The translations under genes were made by a program, and so were the position numbers. A stretch of DNA of 64,000 bases. It comes from the human T2T-CHM13v2.0 reference genome, Homo sapiens. The notes under the pieces are model-generated. The model saw only the letters and a program-made list of their open reading frames with translations. It made no database searches and was not told where the DNA came from. The stretch is from the NCBI RefSeq assembly GCF_009914755.1, contig NC_060937.1; one strand, written 5' to 3'. Position 1 is the stretch's first letter; every line of letters begins with the position of its first letter. Positions 39,501-50,758 of this stretch are shown one piece after another.

Positions 39501-42500
39501 ACTCACAGAAGAGCTCTGTGGCTGAGGGAGAGGGACAATGTGTCCTGTTTACCTTTGCTTCTCCCATGCAGCGGGAGAGGGAGCTGGGTCTGAAAAGATG
39601 GCTGAAATCAAAAGGTCTCTGTTTTCTTTTCAGATAACCCCAGCCCTACCTATCCCCTCTGGTCTCTGTTCCTTCCCAGCATGTCCCTGCCTGAAGCCCA
39701 AATAGATTAAGGCAACGACCGCGAAGTGCAGTTAATCCTACAGAACGGCTGCTGCTGTTAGGCCAGGAGTTAAAAAGGAAAATCTCCCAGGCCCTAACAA
39801 CTGCAGTGATCTGAAGTTTTAATCAGCCCCAATCTCAATCTATAAAAAAGGCAGTCAATGAAATCTACCTTTGCCATATTATCCACCACCAATGAGCAAG
39901 AACTGAGCAGCTTTTCTTTACTGCCTCAGCCATCCCAGACCACAAGTAGAGCTTTCATACTTCCTAATCCCAGTTTCCAAGTCTGTGTGGTTCTCACATA
40001 ATGCCCAACAGCCTGGAGGCAAGGGCCTTCGTCCCGCGCCCTTTTCAGAGACGTGTCATTTCTAACATCAAGCTAATCTATATGTTGCCATGGCTTCACC
40101 CTTTATCTGCCTTTACATCTTATGAACTGCATGGATTTACCACATTATTTTTATCTGAAAGACAGAAAATGGTGGTTTTATTGCCATACAATCAGATTAC
40201 TGCTGCTAGTTTCTCTATGCCTTTTTACTATACTTCAATCAAAAGGGATCAGTTTCTTTATACTCTGCCCTTGATTTACATCACATCTGTAAAGACCTAG
40301 TCTGAGTTGTAATCCCCTTATTAACTATGACCAGGGTTGATTTGCCTAAAAATAAAAGCAAATTGTGTCAGACCCTTTCACTTTGTTTTTGATTCGGAAC
40401 TACAAAATGGATTACTAAAGAAATCTTCAGAGTTCACACGGCTAGTATCGTGCTGAATTTAAAATGAGAATTAAACAAGTTAAACAGGGGAGGCATGTCA
40501 ATGGTTTACATCTTCCATCATGGGAGAAGGGCTGAATTGCTTATGTCTTTGTATTCTTTGGCTTTATAGAGACAATGAAGCCACAGGAGTTTTTCCAAGC
40601 TGTTCGGAACATGTCCCATTTGCTATCCTTCCTTCTTTGCTGTTCTTATATTCCTCCCCCAGCCTCCTTCTAATTCCCCCCTTAAAAAGAAGGGGGGAGC
40701 TGTTCCCTGAAAGAGCTAATTCCTGACTAGAAGCTTATAGTTCTATGGGTTCTGCATATTTTAATCAAAATATTTTAAACAGTTGAGCACTCCTCTTTAA
40801 GGCTCTACTCCGCTACACAAAGGGTGAGCTCATAAGCAAATCTATGTAGATGTATATTAAGTGACCTGAAAAACAGGTTCTTTATGTCAGCAGCAAAGGC
40901 AGGCAGAGATTAGGCTGATAGGAGGACCAGTTTAATCACCTTCCTTAGAAGAGCACTTCTATTTGTCTAATTTGCAATTAAGTATTTTAAGAATGAAGTT
41001 CTCATAAAACGTTAAAGAAATATCTTTCCTAAAAATTTTTTTATTAGGGTCTACAATCTGTATTTCCTTTTCCCCTGCCACTCCCATTCCTATGACGCAT
41101 TACTGCAGTCACGCTGGGATCGCGAATAGTTTCCCATTAGGTGAACGCACTCTAAAACGTCGCCCGAAGTTTGGTGTCATACTGAAGCTCTCGGGAGCTA
41201 CCTGGAAGATTTCAGAGGAAGGAAAGACAGCAAGGATTTAGTTGCTCCAGTTGCAATGTCCATCTGAAGGCAATTATCTCACTGATCCACCAACCGAAGG
41301 ATGCACCTCAGTAAGTTTACAGACAAGAGGTTTTAATATAAATCCACCAATTGTTCTTCAGCTGACTCTGTCTGGAGGAACCATTCAAACACATAGTTTT
41401 TAGCAAGCTGGTCTCCAGGCCCATGGCGAATTCACCTGTCCACACACTTTAGCTTAAGTCAGAAGCCTCTGGAAATGTTGGAGTCATCTGCATGTCTTTG
41501 CGTCGGCAGAACCAGCGTCAACAGCTTATGCTTTGTAAAAGATTTAGAACCAGGTGCTTAGCAAATCATCTTAACCTCCAGCTCCTGTTTCTGGGGCTTG
41601 AAGCTGTAACTGTTGAGGTTAAGATGTGCAGTCCCTAGACACATGATTCTCAAATAAATTCTCATCTGAAAAGAAGGCTACCAAGCATGTTGTGAGGTAT
41701 CGCTTTAGCTTAGTCTTTGTGCTCTGCCTGGCTCAGTTGTCCTGCAGAACAACGACAGTCCATTACCTACAGTTTATCATCCTGACAAAATGTGAGGAAT
41801 GTGGATGTGAAAGCACTAACAATTCCACCCCTGGTGCTTTGAGCTTTTTTCTCTCTATATTAAAACCGACAAGATTAACCCAAACGCAAACTGTGGAGCA
41901 TAGTTCAAGGGGCTATTCAATCAGTGCTGAATGTGCATTTGTTTACCTACAAAAATAAGAATTTCAGACACAATGGAAGGCAGGCTGGCTTATATATGTT
42001 ATTGAATGGACTGTTTAAACAGCACTATCCATTGTAGTTTATTTTATCAATCTCTGACAGGTCTGTATTTATTCAGAGCCTGATTGTGGTGAAGCCCATG
42101 TATTATACGTTATCTGGATATCATCCAGCCATTCTTTTGTATCAAGTCAATTAGTATCAGGAATCCAGTATTATATAGGGAAAAAAATTACATGGGAAAA
42201 GCAAAATGCTATGTTAACTAACTAGTATGTGATGCACAGGGAATGGTAACCCCAGACATAAGGCATTAGTACTCGAAATTTTCAAAGTCAGTGTAATGCA
42301 TTGCAGAACACCATACCAATACAGATTTGCTCACATTAAAGTAAAATTAATTTTTTTTTAAAAAAGAGCCCACTACTTTACTTAGGCCAAAATCTCCCTC
42401 TTGGAAGAAAATGTTCTACTGAAGTGTTAAGTTAAAAACGGAAGCTAGGCATTACTGTTCTCTGCTGAATTAAAAAAAAAAAAAAAAAAAAACTTTAAAC

Positions 42501-43529
42501 AACCAAAATGGCTACAACGGACCCAACTCTACCAGAACGTATCAAAGCAATGTGAATAACCTAACAGGGCAGCTACTGTTTCAGCACGCAGGACATCTTT
42601 CCATTATTACATACAGTCAGGGACGGGAGAGCCGACAATGTGATTAAAGTAGTTACGGAGACGCTGAATTTACAAAGGGTTTTCTGGACCCTGTATCCAA
42701 ACAGCTGCTGCATGCTCCCTGTGTCGACCACCTGCTAAAAAAGCTGACCTCTGAATGAAACAAATCTAATTACTGATGGCGGCTTCATTACAAATGAATT
42801 GTTCCACAGTTCATAGGAACTGATGTGAAACTTCAATGCATTTGATTACCTTCCTGCCACATCATATTTACCGATTCAAACTTTCCTCTGGAAATAAATA
42901 TAAAACTTCCCCAAGGAAAGCGACCCCCTGTCATCAGGGGGTTGTATGCATTCTCAAAAACTTAGAGAGGACTCTTTCCTATGGCTCCTACAGGAAGAAA
43001 TCTTTCTGATCTCTGGAGCTAGCATTCAGCTGCAAGGGAGACCTTTTCCAGGCACACATTATCCAGTCATCCAGGCAGGCCGTTATCAGGAGAATTTTAA
43101 AAGAAATGCTGCTGTGGAGGACAAGACAGCAGCAGCAACCTCAACCGCGCAAACGGCAGGCTTCCAGAAACGCAGGGCCCTCGCAGGTCTGGACATAGCT
43201 GGAAAGACAGACTCGTCTTCATCATCAGAATGGGGGGGGGGAGTGGTGAGTACCTGTCACCTCCCCCCAGGACCCCCCATCTCGACACATTACAAAAAGA
43301 AGTTATTAACGTCTAAACCTTAGGTTGAAATAACTATTGTTCTACTTTTCTTTTTCTCCCAACTAGGTATTTCTAATTCTCCTACCGGATACACACAAAC
43401 TAATAGTTAATATAGCGCAAAGATAAAGATACACACACCGAACTAAACGCTGAAGAGGCTAACGGAATTGCTTTCAACTAGATTTAAACAGAAATATTAA
43501 ATCCTCATAAGAAAAAAAAAAAACAGCCT

Positions 43530-43800
43530 CAAAGAGAACCGGTCAGTGAAAGTGCAGAGTGGCTGGAGCAGGCGGCCTGGGGGAGGGGCGAGGCCTGGCG
43601 CTGCGCGATTCCGCATGGAAGAGTGACCTCTGGAGGCACCGGGCGGGCAGCGGCGCCGCGGGCTCCCCGCGACCGCCTCGCCCGCCCGCCCGCCTCTCCC
43701 GGACTCCGGGACCCGCTGCTGCGCGAGGTCCTAGCCCGGCTCCTTCCGGCACCACCTGGCGCCTCCCGAGCCGGCATCGATGCAAAGATGCCGCCGCCAG
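43530..43800. promoter_or_regulatory. Small satellite CpG island in EFNB2 intron 1
   Basis: ~270 bp CpG-dense patch with GC boxes, separated from the main island by ~600 bp of AT-rich DNA. Confidence 0.7.
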
Positions 43801-45252
43801 TACTTCATCAGCAAATACAACAATTTACATTAAAAATATAATCCATGCAAGAGCAGACTACATGGAAGGAGGCAGAGCTAAGTAACTTCTCCGTATGAGC
43901 GGTGTTGAAAGTGCCTTCTAGCATCATACAAACATTTGTTTAAACCGATTTGTAACCGACGTTTTCGCCCTTTTCATGAAGGGATTCTTGGTTAACATGT
44001 TAGTGAATTTGAAATTTGACACTTTTAAGAGAATGGACACACTCCTTTAAGACGTGATTTCTAAATCAATCCCCCATTTCTTTTCTCCTAAAACCAGGCC
44101 CAACTTGCTCAACTTCAATTAGGCCATTGATTTTGCTTCTGATCTCAAACGTTTTCTCCAGAAACCAGCTAATGTCTGCATACTTCTTCTCCAAGTTTCC
44201 CGAGACTACAATTCCAAGATTCTGTAAAATATGTTTTGGCTGTGATTCGAAATAAGGGGATACACAGTACTGAATACCCAGATGACTACGAGTTATGACC
44301 ACACAGATTTAGGGATGGATGGGATTTTCTAAATTCTGAATGCACTCTGGTGGCCCAAACTGAAAGTTACTCTCCACAAGGCCTGGCTCGCTCCCGGCTG
44401 TAGAGTCCGGTAAGAGCAAATCTGATCCTAAGGATCCCATTCCTACCAGGGTCCCGAGGGAGAAGGCTTCAGGAGCAGTGTCGACTGGGCAGGGCCCTAA
44501 GCTTTTATAGGAAGTGCATTACAATCAGGTCGGCCATCGAGACCGCATACTCCGGGGCTACCGGCTTATGAACGAAGCGGGAGGCCGAGGTGCGGCGGGC
44601 CCTCAGGGAGAAGCCTAAGGCCCGTCTCCCCGGCGCGGAGGAAAGGGCTCGACGCCCGAGTTCTCCTGCGAAGCAGGCGAGCTCCCCGCGCACCCTCGGG
44701 CTGGCGGCGCGGTGCCAAGGCGCCCCGGCTCCAGGGCTCTGCGGGCAGCGTAGCGACTCCAGGCTCCCCTCTCCAGAACGCGCTTCGCTGCCAGCGTCCT
44801 GCCACCCCGGTCGCCCGCCCGCGGGCCCCGGACCACGCCGCCCGCGCTCCCCGCGAATGCAGCATCTCCGCCTCTCTCCAGAGCCCACCAGTCCCCGCGT
44901 GCCGGCCAGCCTAGATTGTGGCCATGTCCTTCGTCCTCGAAAACAGGAGAGGGTCAGGTATCGCCATCGGACACCTTCCCGGACTTGACACCCGAGCCGA
45001 TAGTAGCTTTTAGCGCCTGGGAGCGTTCGGGGGAGGAAAGGCGGGGAGACCGTCCGTTCCAGCGGGGCTCGGGTTGGAAAGCCGAGCGAGGAGTCTCCAC
45101 CTAGTGAAATGGGGCGGGGGTTGGGGGTGGGGGACGGGGAACCGAGGTTCCAGAAACAGGCTCCGAGGCCCCGCGGACTGACCCCTCCTCCCGCCCGGAC
45201 GGCGCGGCGGACCCCGGGGCGGGGACATAGGGGGATCGCGGACGCCACTTAC

Positions 45253-45374
45253 TTGGAGTTCGAGGAATTCCAATAGATAGGCTCTAAAACTATCGATTTG
45301 GAAATCGCAGTTCTGCATAAAACCATCAAAACACCCCAGCAGTACTTCCACACGGAGTCCCTTCTCACAGCCAT
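45253..45374 (-). CDS. EFNB2: Ephrin-B2 coding exon 1 (signal peptide and start of receptor-binding domain)
   Basis: Translates MAVRRDSVWKYCWGVLMVLCRTAISKSIVLEPIYWNSSNS(K), the ephrin-B2 N-terminus. Strong Kozak TTCGCCATGG; donor CAA|GTAAGT; 122 nt. Confidence 0.98.
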
Positions 45375-46070
45375 GGCGAAGCCACTCCCAGCTCCGCGCA
45401 CTCCGGGCCAAGAAGGGACTGACGGGACGCAGGCTGGGACCCCCAATCCTCCGGGGCAGACTGGCGGGGAAGACGGCGTGCGCCCGCAGGCAGCTCCGAG
45501 GCGCGCTGCGCAGCTCCAGCGGTCGCCGGGCCAGGTGCGCCCGCTCTCCGGGGCCCTCAGGGCGCGGGGCGGGAGCGCACGCGCGGGGCGCGGCGGCGCG
45601 GCGGACTCGGGGTTCCGGGGCGCCGCGCCGGACGCAGCTCGGACGGCCGACTCCCGTGCGGCTCCAGGGTGCCGGGCCGGCCGCGGCTGGCGGGTGGGCG
45701 CGGGGCGGGTGCGGGCTGGGACACAAAGACCCGGAGCGGAGACGACCGGCGCGGGCGGCGGGCGCTGCGCCCCGAGCGGGGCCGCCTGTGACTATAGATC
45801 CAGTGCAGCGGGCAGCGGCCCGAGCGCGCGGGCGCCGCGTCGGCGCGGTTCCATGTCCCGGAGCACGGAGCGGAGTAGGGCGCCTCCGGGCGCGCAGGAG
45901 CCTTCTCAGTCCGCGCGGCTCCCGGCCCCCAGGGCAGGAAAGAGGGAGCTCGGTCCCCGCCGCGGGCTCCGGACGCGCGCGGGCCTTTGTGTGCGGGGAG
46001 GGCGCCGGGACCCGCTGCGTGCGCAGCTCCTCGCTCCGGCCGGCGCCGCGGTCCCCGCCGAGGAGAGTCA
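45375..46070 (-). other. EFNB2: EFNB2 GC-rich 5' UTR (TSS inferred; shorter TSSs are likely too)
   Basis: Lies between the ATG and the core-promoter motifs at 46097-46207; TSS placed ~27 nt downstream of the TATA-like element. Confidence 0.55.
45792..45854 (-). other. Upstream ORF in EFNB2 5' UTR, MEPRRRGARALGPLPAALDL*
   Basis: GACATGG Kozak context, 20 codons + TAG, read manually; the only ATG I found in the inferred 5' UTR. Confidence 0.55.
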
Positions 46071-46096
46071 GCGCGGCCGCCGCGCTGTCAGAGCGC

Positions 46097-46207
46097 TATA
46101 AACGCGGGGCCCCGCCCCGCCGCGCGAAGCCCATTGGCCCGCGGCTCCGCGGCCGCGCGCTGGTTGGACGGCCGGTCCGTCCGTCCGCCATCCCCTCCCG
46201 ACATTGG
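46097..46207 (-). promoter_or_regulatory. EFNB2: EFNB2 core promoter: TATA-like element, GC box, two CCAAT boxes
   Basis: TATAAA(+)/TTTATA(-) at 46097-46102; CCCGCCCC at 46111-46118; ATTGG at 46133-46137 and 46203-46207 (CCAAT on the minus strand, upstream of the gene). Confidence 0.65.
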
Positions 46208-47625
46208 GTGCCGCGAGGCGGGGCTCGGGCTGACAGGTGAGCCCCGCCCCTGGCTCCCGCGGGCGGCGGGAGCGGAGCAGAAGCCGGGCAGGAGAAGCGC
46301 TCAGCGCGTGCACAGGGCGCCCCCGGGGCGGCGAGAGGCCTTCTGGGCGCGGTGCAGACGTGGAAACAGCGACGGCCGAGTAGCGGGCCACCTGTCTCCG
46401 CGCCCGGGGGCGCCTTCCCCCTCGGCGGAATCAGAGGGCGCGGCTTTCCCTCGAGCAGTGCGGAAGGCAGCAGGCTCCGCTCGGCGTCCCTTCTCCGCAG
46501 ATGCGGCGCTGCCCCGCGTGCAAGACTTGCACTCCGCGCGCACCCTTAGAGCTCCCGGCTTCTGCGCGCTTCTCCCGACGCCTCTCGGCGAGGGCTTCTC
46601 ACTTGATTTTGGTACCAATCGCCTACGGCTCAGTTTCAGTCAGTGGGGCCGGGAATTGCAAGACGATTCCTGCGACGCGGCGCCGGAATTTGCAGCTCTA
46701 ATCAGGGCCTGAGCATCGTCGCCTCCCGCCTTCTCTGCGGGCGTCTCCCTTCCCTCCTGGCCCCCCGGGAAGGTGGCGCCCCTGGAGCTTTCCCCGCGTG
46801 TCGCCGGCACAGGCACGACGCGGGGACCGTCTCACTAGCCTCTAGGAGACACGCGCGCTTCCCAAAGTGACCAGAGATTTAGAGGGTGTGAGATGGAAAA
46901 GTCAAGGCATGTGCTTCTCACTCGGCGTCTGCAAGACCCCAGAGCAGAGCTGGCAGGAACTCCTCGCTACTTTCCCGGTCGAGCGCCGGTGCTGACGCTC
47001 GTCCGTGACTTCCACGGAGCCACAGCGCCCACTAGCGGCCAGCTTTGCTTCTCCGCATCTCGAGCGCTCTGCGGTCCACCGACCCGGATCCAGCATACTG
47101 CAGCATCTAATCAAGTCACAGTTCCAAGGAAAATCTTTTTATATGTCCAACAGTAGGAAGAACACGGTAGAAATAAGGCACAGTGCAAATGTACGATTCA
47201 GTATGAAAAATTAAAATATACTGTATGCCCACGTTTTTTTCAATTTAATGCCGTCCACCCCAGGATTTATGTTTCAAACACAAACTGGGCAGTAATTCTA
47301 CAAATTATGTATTTTTAAAACAAAGTATCCACTACGCTAAATTTAAAAATGCATATGGTAAAACACCTTGTTTTCTTTCACTCTTCTTTGTAACAATTTC
47401 TGAAGATTTTTATGGTACGTTGCTTTTAAGTATCCGTTTTTGAAACATTAGTCTAACTTAACGTATACATCTCAGTTGGAGTGGTAAAAGCTTGTGAAGA
47501 CTAGTTTAAGATAGAAAACACATTAAGGCATACAAAGTACTGAATACACTTACTCTTCCAAACAGATCTTTGAGAGCAGAAAAGTTTCATAATTTATTTT
47601 CATTTTAAATAAGCCTTCAAACTAA

Positions 47626-47766
47626 ATATATATATACACACATATACGTATACACACATATACACATATTTATACATATATACACATATGTACGTATATA
47701 TATACACACACATATATACGTATATATATACACATATATATATGCACACACACACATATATATATA
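47626..47766. repeat. (TA)/(CA)/(TACG) alternating purine-pyrimidine tract ~1.6 kb upstream of EFNB2
   Basis: About 140 bp, seen directly. Confidence 0.9.
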
Positions 47767-48715
47767 AAATTTATTTTAAAAAGGCTCCACCACGGTATGA
47801 CGATTTGAACAGCGGATTCCCAGGAAGCACCAACAACCCAGGAAGCAGCAGGCACTATGACTCCTACCTTGACAAGGGTGAGAAAGGGCTAGTTTTTAGT
47901 ATGCTAAAATACCATTTAAGGAACTCATTGAAATTGAATATAAAGTTAGCTTAATGATCTTTTAAAAGAACACTGGGTACTCAGTACCTTTTGACAAACT
48001 TATATTGTGAAATTTAAATTGTGACCTCTTAGCTCACTACATCCTCCTCTCCAAGTAAACTAGAGGAAATACAGGAAATTTGCATTGTCTGAAAATAAGC
48101 CAGCTTCCAAAAATAACATTTTCAGTAAATCAGAAAGTCTCACATCCAAAGCGTTTTACCTTGGGACAAATGTAAATATACACTTTAAAATCGCTTCCTT
48201 TTCAAAACAAAGTGCGTATTTGACTGAAAAGGAATCCTACACACACAAAAAACATCTATAGTGTGAGAGAATATACAGCTTAGTTTCAGTCAACAGAGAT
48301 TCAATGTAGACAATGTGAAAAGCATCAGCAGTACTCACTTCGAAGATGTCAACATTCTACTATTTAATGGTAATTTTGGTAATTAAAAGCATCACCTCAA
48401 AGCCATTTGTATCTACTATTGTATAACATGCCAGCAAAAAAGTAGGTCATACTGGCATGCACAAGGCAAAGTAGAATTTCCAAAGCATGCCAAACCAAGA
48501 ACCAATCACATCAGTGTCGTATCTCTTGGTATTTGGACTTCATTTTACAATTATTGGGAAAACTTGGTTAATTTTTTTCTTTACCACACTTTGAATCATG
48601 ATCAATGTATTTCGAGAAATCTATACTTTTAGCAGATGTATTTAAACCCTCATCAAATGAGATTTTATTTCAGCAGAGGAAGTTACTTCACTGTGTTCTA
48701 GACTTAAGTTTTGAA

Positions 48716-49016
48716 GGCCGGGCGCAGTGGCTCACGCCTGTAATCCCATCACTTTGGGAGGCCGAGGTGGGCGGGTCACGAGGTAAGGAGATTGAGACCA
48801 TCCTCACTAACACGGTGAAACCCCGTCTCTACTAAAAATATAAAAAATTATCCGGGCGTGTGTCGGGCGCCTGTAGTCCCAGCTACTCGGGAGGCTGAGA
48901 CAGGAGAATGGCGTGAACCCAGGTGGCGGAGCTTGCAGTGAAGCCGAGTTCACGCCACTGCACTCCAGCCTGGGCGGCAGAGTGAGACTCAGTCTCAAAA
49001 AAAAAAAAAAAAAAAA
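48716..49016 (+). mobile_element. Alu (AluY-like), full length
   Basis: GGCCGGGCGCAGTGG...AGAATGGCGTGAACCC...GGAGCTTGCAGTG, A20 tail; TSD-like AAGTTTTGA / AAGTTCTGA. Confidence 0.96.
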
Positions 49017-50440
49017 GTTCTGATAAGTCAAATAAATAAGGATTTGGGAATTTCAAAGGATACCATAGTTATAAAAGTTAACACAAAGCTGAATAAATGT
49101 AAAATGAGATGACAAATAGATAATCGCAGCTTTAAAAAAGCGCAATTCCCCACCTCCAACAAAAAAAATGCAAGTAATTATGTTCCTACCCCTTTGAATT
49201 CCTAGGCATGTTTTGGGCTTTAGAACTTATGGTTGTTTCTTATATATTCCTTATATAGTATTCCATCATTTCTAGGACATATTTCAAAAGATATATGTAA
49301 CAGAACTTCTACAAAAACAAAAGGTTATCTAAATAACATTACAGAAAAATAAATTTGGTATGTGTTGACTAAGTGTTGTCCAAGCCATACATTCTCTATG
49401 TAGCTTGTAAGCCTCTCGCAAAATCATACCCTTTGTTTCCTGGCATTGTATGCTGTTTATTTCATACAAGTCACTGATGCTTTCAGCACTCTCTAGCAAA
49501 TCACATTTTCCCCCATTTATCCTTGAGGGAAAGATCTGACAGGAGAAAATAAAACCCTTTCTTAAAATCAACTTTGCTAAACACCCTTCTCCCATCTGCT
49601 TCTGAAATTCAGATTGTTAAAACACTGAAACATTTTATATTAGAGTCTATTTGTTTGGCAGGAAAAATACTACATTAGGCTCTTGGTCAAAAGAGAATCA
49701 TTCTTCTCTCTGGGAAGTTTAGAGAAAACTCATACCTTATAGACTGTCACATATTCCTTATGGAAGAAAATTACCGTATTTTCCACTAGTATCCATTTTA
49801 ATCTGAAGCTCAACCTCTCATTTCGTTGACAGCATTATTAATGTAAAAACAGCACACATGGAAATACGAATGGCTCCAACAAGCATGCACACCTGGCATG
49901 AAACTTCATCTCTTTATTTGCAAACCAAGTGTGGAGGACCAAACTCCACTCATCATTCCAAGCTGGATTAAGAGGTGTGATGGATACAAAGGAGCAGATA
50001 ATGGCTAGCTAGCTGTGCGCTCTCTTGATTGCATGATTAATTCTAATATTTAACCTCTATCAACAGGATGTTTTTTCAGACTGATTTGATACAGACATAC
50101 ATGAAAATTTAAAAGTTAAATACTACTCTTAATAAACATAAGGAAAACTTCTGACAACAATCGTAACGGATCTCCTCTTTTGGGTCCATAAAATCATTTT
50201 TTGCATCCTCTTTATACTACTTAACAGCTTCAACAGCACTTAAAACCAGCTGCAATAATGTATTATTTTGTTAACTCCTTATTCTACTTGTCACTTCTTT
50301 AATCCAAAGTGAAAACCTAGAAAATGAGAATCATCCAAATGGTAAACAAACCCATTTTATTCTAACCCTAATAAGCCTAGGTTTGGTAATCAACAGTTGC
50401 AGCAATCACAAAACATACACTATTAAAAACATACGCCTTT

Positions 50441-50758
50441 GGCCGGGCGCGGTGGCTCACGCCTGTAATCCCAACACTTTGGGAGGTCGAGGTGAGCGGA
50501 TCACGAGGTCAGGAGATTGAGACCATCCTGGTCAACATAGTGAAACCCCGTTTCTACTAAAAATATAAAAATTAGCCAGGCGTGCTGGTGGGTGCCTGTA
50601 ATCCCAGCTACTCAGGAGGCTGAGGCAGGAGAATCGCTTGAACCTGGGAGGTGGGAGGTTGCACAGAGCCAAGATTGCACCATTGCACTCCAGGCTGGCG
50701 ACAGAGCAAGAGACCATTGGCGGGGGGGGGGGGGGGGGGGCAAAGAAACAAAACAAAT
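50441..50758 (+). mobile_element. Alu (AluS) with G19 run at the tail position
   Basis: Dimeric Alu up to GAGACC (~50716), then ATTGGC, G19 and a short A-rich remnant. Confidence 0.94.

Larger units (their letters stand above)
44380..47100. promoter_or_regulatory. EFNB2: CpG island spanning EFNB2 promoter, exon 1 and start of intron 1
   Basis: Very high GC and CpG density against AT-rich flanks. Confidence 0.95.

Noticed and set aside
40675-40698. 9-bp hairpins TCCCCCCTT/AAGGGGGGA (and GGCTCTCCT/AGGAGAGCC at 51589-51614)
   Set aside because: Isolated 9-bp stems occur by chance at this scale; too short for pre-miRNA, and intrinsic terminators do not apply in a mammalian locus.
44505-46712. 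Long overlapping ORFs (194-267 aa) on both strands around the promoter
   Set aside because: Low-complexity Arg/Pro/Gly/Ala translations expected from stop-codon scarcity in a CpG island; mostly non-ATG starts; no recognisable domain.
47817-47847. Direct repeat CCCAGGAAGCA x2 (ETS/STAT6-like) upstream of EFNB2
   Set aside because: Short, next to a simple repeat, and no supporting motif cluster.
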